DNA from: Macrostomum lignano
Taxonomy: Eukaryota
Assembly: GCA_002269645.1 (NCBI GenBank)
Contig: NIVC01003885.1
Coordinates: 1 to 64,000 of the forward strand
Length of the DNA stretch: 64,000 nt
Direction of reading: 5' to 3'
Below are positions 59,172 through 64,000 of the stretch, piece by piece (the first letter of the stretch is position 1; each line of letters begins with the position of its first letter). The translations under genes and the position numbers were made by a program. The notes under the pieces were generated by a model. That model was not told the origin of the DNA. It did not search any database and worked only from the letters and a program-made list of their open reading frames with translations.

Positions 59172-61664
59172 TTCTAGGATCAACTAACAAAAATTCTAAT
59201 CGATTATTGACGCTGGGCGTCGTAAAAAAGTCTGTCTCTATCTTGCTCTTGTTTGTCTTCAAACACTGTTTCAGTCTCCATTTCTGGCTGCTTCTTGGAT
59301 CCTCATCCTTTTTAAAGGCAAGTATAATCTAATGAACTCCCGGTTAGTTTCAGAGTAAGAACAGAAATCTTCATTTATAATATAACGTCCAATAGGCTGA
59401 TGTATTTTTATCTATCTATCGAAATTCGAAAATATTGAACACAATTATAACTTTGCATTTATTTATTTATTTATATTTACCTATTTAGTTCTACTGTATT
59501 AAGCGAGTTGAACAGCTAATGTAAACTGCTAATGTAGTTTATGGTTGAAACTATGGTAAGTAAGAGACTATTAAATTAGTAAAAGTCTTCTTAGTTTTTG
59601 TCTCCGTGGTCTGGGGCTCCTGTCTGTCCGCTTCTCTCCTCAAAAATCTGTCATTGAATTCAATTTTTATTTGAGTTTAACCCTGTCAGTGAATTGTTTA
59701 GAGAAAAAATAATTATAAAAATAAATAAAGTTTCACTGTTATGAGTCTATGACTCAACTTATTGTATAAGATGCACACAATTGCACCTGGATTTCATATA
59801 CAATTATACTTAGTACCTTTAAATTTGTACTGTTGCCAGTTATTTGTGTATGTTTACTTTTTAGTTTCTACTGTTGTATTTCTACATCATTAATAATAAT
59901 ATTATTATTATGGTTACTGAAGCCTGTAAGATCATTGCTGTTAAACACTGACTTGGAATAGTAGTTATATTTAGTATAACCCCTATAATCAAAATTTAAA
60001 TAATTAAACCTTTGACATATTTGCTTTTGTCTCGCATTCTTACTGTCTTCTCTTATACACTAGCCTCCTTAATCCTTAAACTTTATTTATTTGGTTACAT
60101 TTGTTTGTTTGCAAACGGCATTGTGTAATGTTTGTGTTGATGTGTTTGTCAATGATTTTCAAGCACTCTTAGCATAACTGAACCAATTTCACCTGTTTAG
60201 CCAGTAAGCTCTAATCTGATTTTAGGCAGCCAGAAATTGCATTTCTTCGTCAACTTTGTGGAAACTTCACTCTCGGAAGGGCGTCGTTATTGTCTCTTTA
60301 ACTGAAAATGTACTTCAGCTAAACCTCACCTGCCGCTCAAAAATACATTTGTCTAGTGTCTTTGCCCATTGTGTTGTCTAATAATTAATGGTCATTAATC
60401 CTATATTCATAATCCAACTGATTAATGCATTAAGTTGACTCACTTTGCCCAGTTCCGGTTGTCATAATCATACACATTATAATGCATACAAATGTTTCAA
60501 TAACACGAATGAAGAAGCTTCAAGTAGGCAATGGTGTTGACTTTGTGCGCTTTTCAATTCGCGGCTTTTTGAGTCCATTCCAATCGTTACCAACTTTATC
60601 TGCTGTTATTTATCTACATGTATAACTACTAATACCGATATCCATATGCCAAACCAAATTATTGATAAAGTTTAATAATTATATTTGTATAATGAAGTAT
60701 CATTGCCGGTCAAGAGTCAGGTTAAATTTGTGAATAATTGCGCACTACACATACTATTTATTAGTAAGTAGTTGTTGCGCTAAATTTCTCTAATTTTTCT
60801 GTTTGCGTTTTTTATTAATAATTTCTTTTGTTTTCTTGCGGCTTCGCACCAAAACTCTGACTATGCTACTATAGTGGCACTCGTACTAGTAGTATGATTA
60901 GCGAGGCGAATCGTTCGCATTTATAAACATTAATTTTGTCATTTCGAATCGGGGAATTGTTTGGCTTAGGATTCATTGTTTGCTTTGGTGCTTTTAATCA
61001 CCTTTGTACGTGTTAGTTGTCCAACTCCTTACTGTCGTGGGGGTACACAACTAATATCAGTTGATTATAATTATAAATATAGATTTAGAATAGAAAAAAA
61101 ATATTATACAGCATGAGCTTAACCAGTTTTGCTAATAACTTTGGTTTCAATTTCTTTCCTCTCTATATATCTGTCAAAATTGATAACCAACAATTTGCTG
61201 TTTCAAGTTGGACTCACTCCGGTGCCTGTACTGTACATGCTGTACTAATGTAGGAATACACGAGCCATTCTGCATATTTGTCATTTATTCTAACCTGTAG
61301 TGGTCGCTCGGATACTGATTGCTGTGCACAAGTTTAACATCTTTTTTCATCGTGTTTAAAAACAAAACAATGCCGACAAAGTGTGCACTGTTGTGTGTTA
61401 TTATATTTTATTTATTAGTAATGAGAAAATAGTGCGATACATCATTTAGAACTGGATACCAGTAGCCAACAAGTTATAATTTGGCACGCTGCAACTTTAT
61501 AAACTACATTTTTATAAATATATGCATCGCACACCCACTGTAGGGACTCCACTATCTCTGTGTTATTGTCTTTCTTATGTTTGAATAGAAAATATTCGTT
61601 ATTTGCTTTGTCTTTTGATTTATTTGGATTCGTCAAATTGCTGCTTCAACTTTGACAATATCAA

Positions 61665-62200
61665 TAACACTTCTCTCCAAGATCTGATTCTTTTCTGTCC
61701 CAGATCTGACTCTTCTCTCCAAGATCTGACTCTTTTCTGTCCAAGATCTGACTCTTCTCTCCAAGATCTGACTCTTCTGTCCAAGATCTGACTCTTCTCT
61801 CCAAGATCTGACTCTTCTGTCCAAGATCTGACTCTTCTCTCCAAGATCTGACTCTTTTCTGTCCAAGATCTGACTCTTCTGTCCAAGATATGACTCTTTT
61901 CTGTCCAAGATCTGACTCTTCTCTCCAAGATCTGACTCTTCTGTCCAAGATCTGACTCTTCTCTCCAAGATCTGACTCCTCTGTTTTCCAGATTGACTCT
62001 TCTCTCTTCCATATCTGACTCTTCTCTCTCCCATATCTGACTCTTCTCACTTCCATATCTGACTCTTCTCTCTCCCATATCTGACTCTTCTCTCTCCCAT
62101 ATCTGACTCTTCTCTCTCCCATATCTGACTCTTCTCACTTCCATATCTGACTCTTCTCACTTCTATATCTGACTCTTCTCACTTCCATATCTGACTCTTT
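61665..62200. repeat. ~20-bp tandem repeat TCCAAGATCTGACTCTTCTC and variants
   Basis: Direct reading. Confidence 0.95.
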
Positions 62201-62861
62201 TAGCCAAAGTCTACCTGGCGAGGTGTGAATTTCACACTCGGTTCAAAATTTCGCATTTCGAATCGAAGTACAGAATCAGAACACGATGAAAATTTTCGAG
62301 CATGGACTTTAGGTTTCGAGCTTATTTAAAGGAAGTAAATGAATAAGTGTACACAGTATGTTATCAGTATGAGGTCTCATCCCGAAATGCATGTGCTCCC
62401 TGAATTCTCCTCGTTTGGGGATCTTTATTGTGAGTTTTGTGATCTATTGTGATCTTTATTTTTTTTTGTATTTCTATCTATGTGACTCATGATTTCAGAA
62501 AAATTACAGCTGAACAGGTCGATTTTCATCAATCAGATCAGAAATTTTTCAATTGGTATATATTGTGACTATACATCTATAAGAAATTGCTTGATGCTAT
62601 GTTAGAGGATTAAATTAATGCGAGCACTCCAAAAACATGCCTTTTGCAAAGGTCAAACTGGATTTTCGACTTGAAATGCATTTTGTATTGGTAGATTATG
62701 CATTGTAGCCGTTGAATTCCAGTGCGCTGCCGCCTAGCTGCCACCGCAGCTCCGACTGTCTGGGTTGCGTCTTCCGCGTCTTTGAGCCGGATGGGCTGAA
62801 GTTCTGTGCCCGCTGAAGTGGCGAGCATGTAGTGAGGTTGAGTGGGTCTCGATGAAACTGT

Positions 62862-63090
62862 GAGGCTCAGCAGTGGGTCTGGATGAAGCTGTGAGGCTGA
62901 GCAGGGGGTCTGGATGAAGCTGTGAGGCTCAGCAGAGGGTCTGGATGAAGCTGTGAGGCTCAGCAGTGGGTCTGGATGAAGCTGTGAGGCTGAGCAGGGG
63001 GTCTGGATGAAGCTGTGAGGCTCAGCAGTGGGTCTGGGTGAAGCTGTGAGGCTCGGCAGTGGGTCTGGATGAAGCTGTGAGGCTCAGCAG
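62862..63090. repeat. 31-bp tandem repeat GGGTCTGGATGAAGCTGTGAGGCTCAGCAG, ~7 copies
   Basis: Direct reading. Confidence 0.95.
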
Positions 63091-63470
63091 AGCCGCTGTA
63101 CACACTGCATGAGTGTTCATGTTTATGAGTGCGGTGACAGCACGGAGTCAGCGGAGCGGGCAGAATTGCCTCAACAGCGCTGGTTGTGGGGCGGTTGGCG
63201 GCTGGCTTTACGGAGGGTAAATTTGCGTTAATTTTACGAGTTTGTTAATCGAAATCAACCTACCTGCAAGTGGCCTAAAAATTTAACTTCAAGATTAACA
63301 CTGATCGTTTTCAATTGGGGAGTAACAAATCTAATAATATTTCCAATGACAAGCATCCAGTGTGCGTAGGATCTGTATCCAATGGCAGGAAAGCAACTGG
63401 TATAGAGACAACAATTAAGGATCAATGAAATCACAGTATAACTTCCACAGTGAAAGTTAGCGATAAAGAT

Positions 63471-63830
63471 ATGTCGTTAGAAACTCTTTGTTGCTTATTT
63501 TCTGTTGCACTCTTGTCTGTGGAGCTCCTGCATGGCCTCAACTCCGAGCCCGCTGGGTTTTTTTAAGTTCGGCCCGCACGCCACGAAACCGGCTGTGCCC
63601 GCGTTTGTGCAGAAGCCGGGTGAGTTGCCGCTGCAACTGTGCACCGACACCTGCAAGTGCGGCCGTTTCTGCTGCTTCGGCGCTCAGTTCGGCGAGTACT
63701 GCTTCTGCGGCTCGGCCTACGGCTCTGTCGGAGTCGCTCCTGCCTCCCAATGCAATTTCCAATGCGTCAGGAATGCATCGCAGGTGTGCGGTGGTCGCGA
63801 TAGAAATTCAATCTATGGAATCATCTGCCC
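63471..63830 (+). CDS. Secreted WSC-domain protein (signal peptide and WSC in different frames; frameshift at 63549-63564); 3' end uncertain
   Basis: MSLETLCCLFSVALLSVELLHG signal peptide; LCTDTCKCGRFCCFGAQFGEYCFCG...CNFQCVRNASQVCGGRDRNSIY is a WSC domain. Confidence 0.75.
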
Positions 63831-64000
63831 GAAATGTAAGCGAATGCCATGTTTATCAGATAGGAAAAGAAGCGCTTGCCTAAGTGGTGCATTGTCAGGC
63901 TCAGCAGTATGACACAGGAAAATCTCGCATCTTTCTGAGTGAAGAGTCTCTTCAGAGTGAAAAGTCAGATATGGGAGAGAGAGGGAGTGAAAATCTCTCC

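Noticed and set aside
20908-62144. Long repetitive ORFs ([39 protein letters not shown])
   Set aside because: They are translations of micro- and minisatellites lacking stops, with no splice or domain support.

Overview
Intron-rich animal genomic DNA, not prokaryotic. GC-rich Ala/Gln-rich exons, expanded WSC genes and many private minisatellites suggest a free-living flatworm such as Macrostomum; this is inference only. I assembled gene models by hand from GT-AG sites and phase continuity. (1) A secreted WSC+PAN/apple protein gene on + (5297-6034). (2) A ~21-exon RGS22-like multi-RGS-domain gene on - (11375 to at least 38082), with a 1251-nt symmetric cassette exon, an 18-nt microexon and two alternative last exons. 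(3) A 3-exon MBD5/MBD6-like gene on + (43707-50272) whose MBD is split by a 4.4-kb intron and carries an internal charged insertion. (4) Enhancer of polycomb on + (54724-59171). (5) A second WSC gene on + (63471-~63830). Genes 1, 4 and 5 (and possibly 3) each need a single-base frame correction at a short homopolymer. Introns and intergenic DNA hold a tRNA-derived CORE-SINE family, a second tRNA-derived SINE family, hAT- and MULE-type MITEs with visible TSDs, LINE endonuclease and BEL-gag remnants, a G-quadruplex-type GGGGTT array and more than 12 unrelated minisatellites. No CRISPR array, rRNA or intact tRNA is supported. No wholly new biological system is firmly demonstrated; the best leads are listed under findings.
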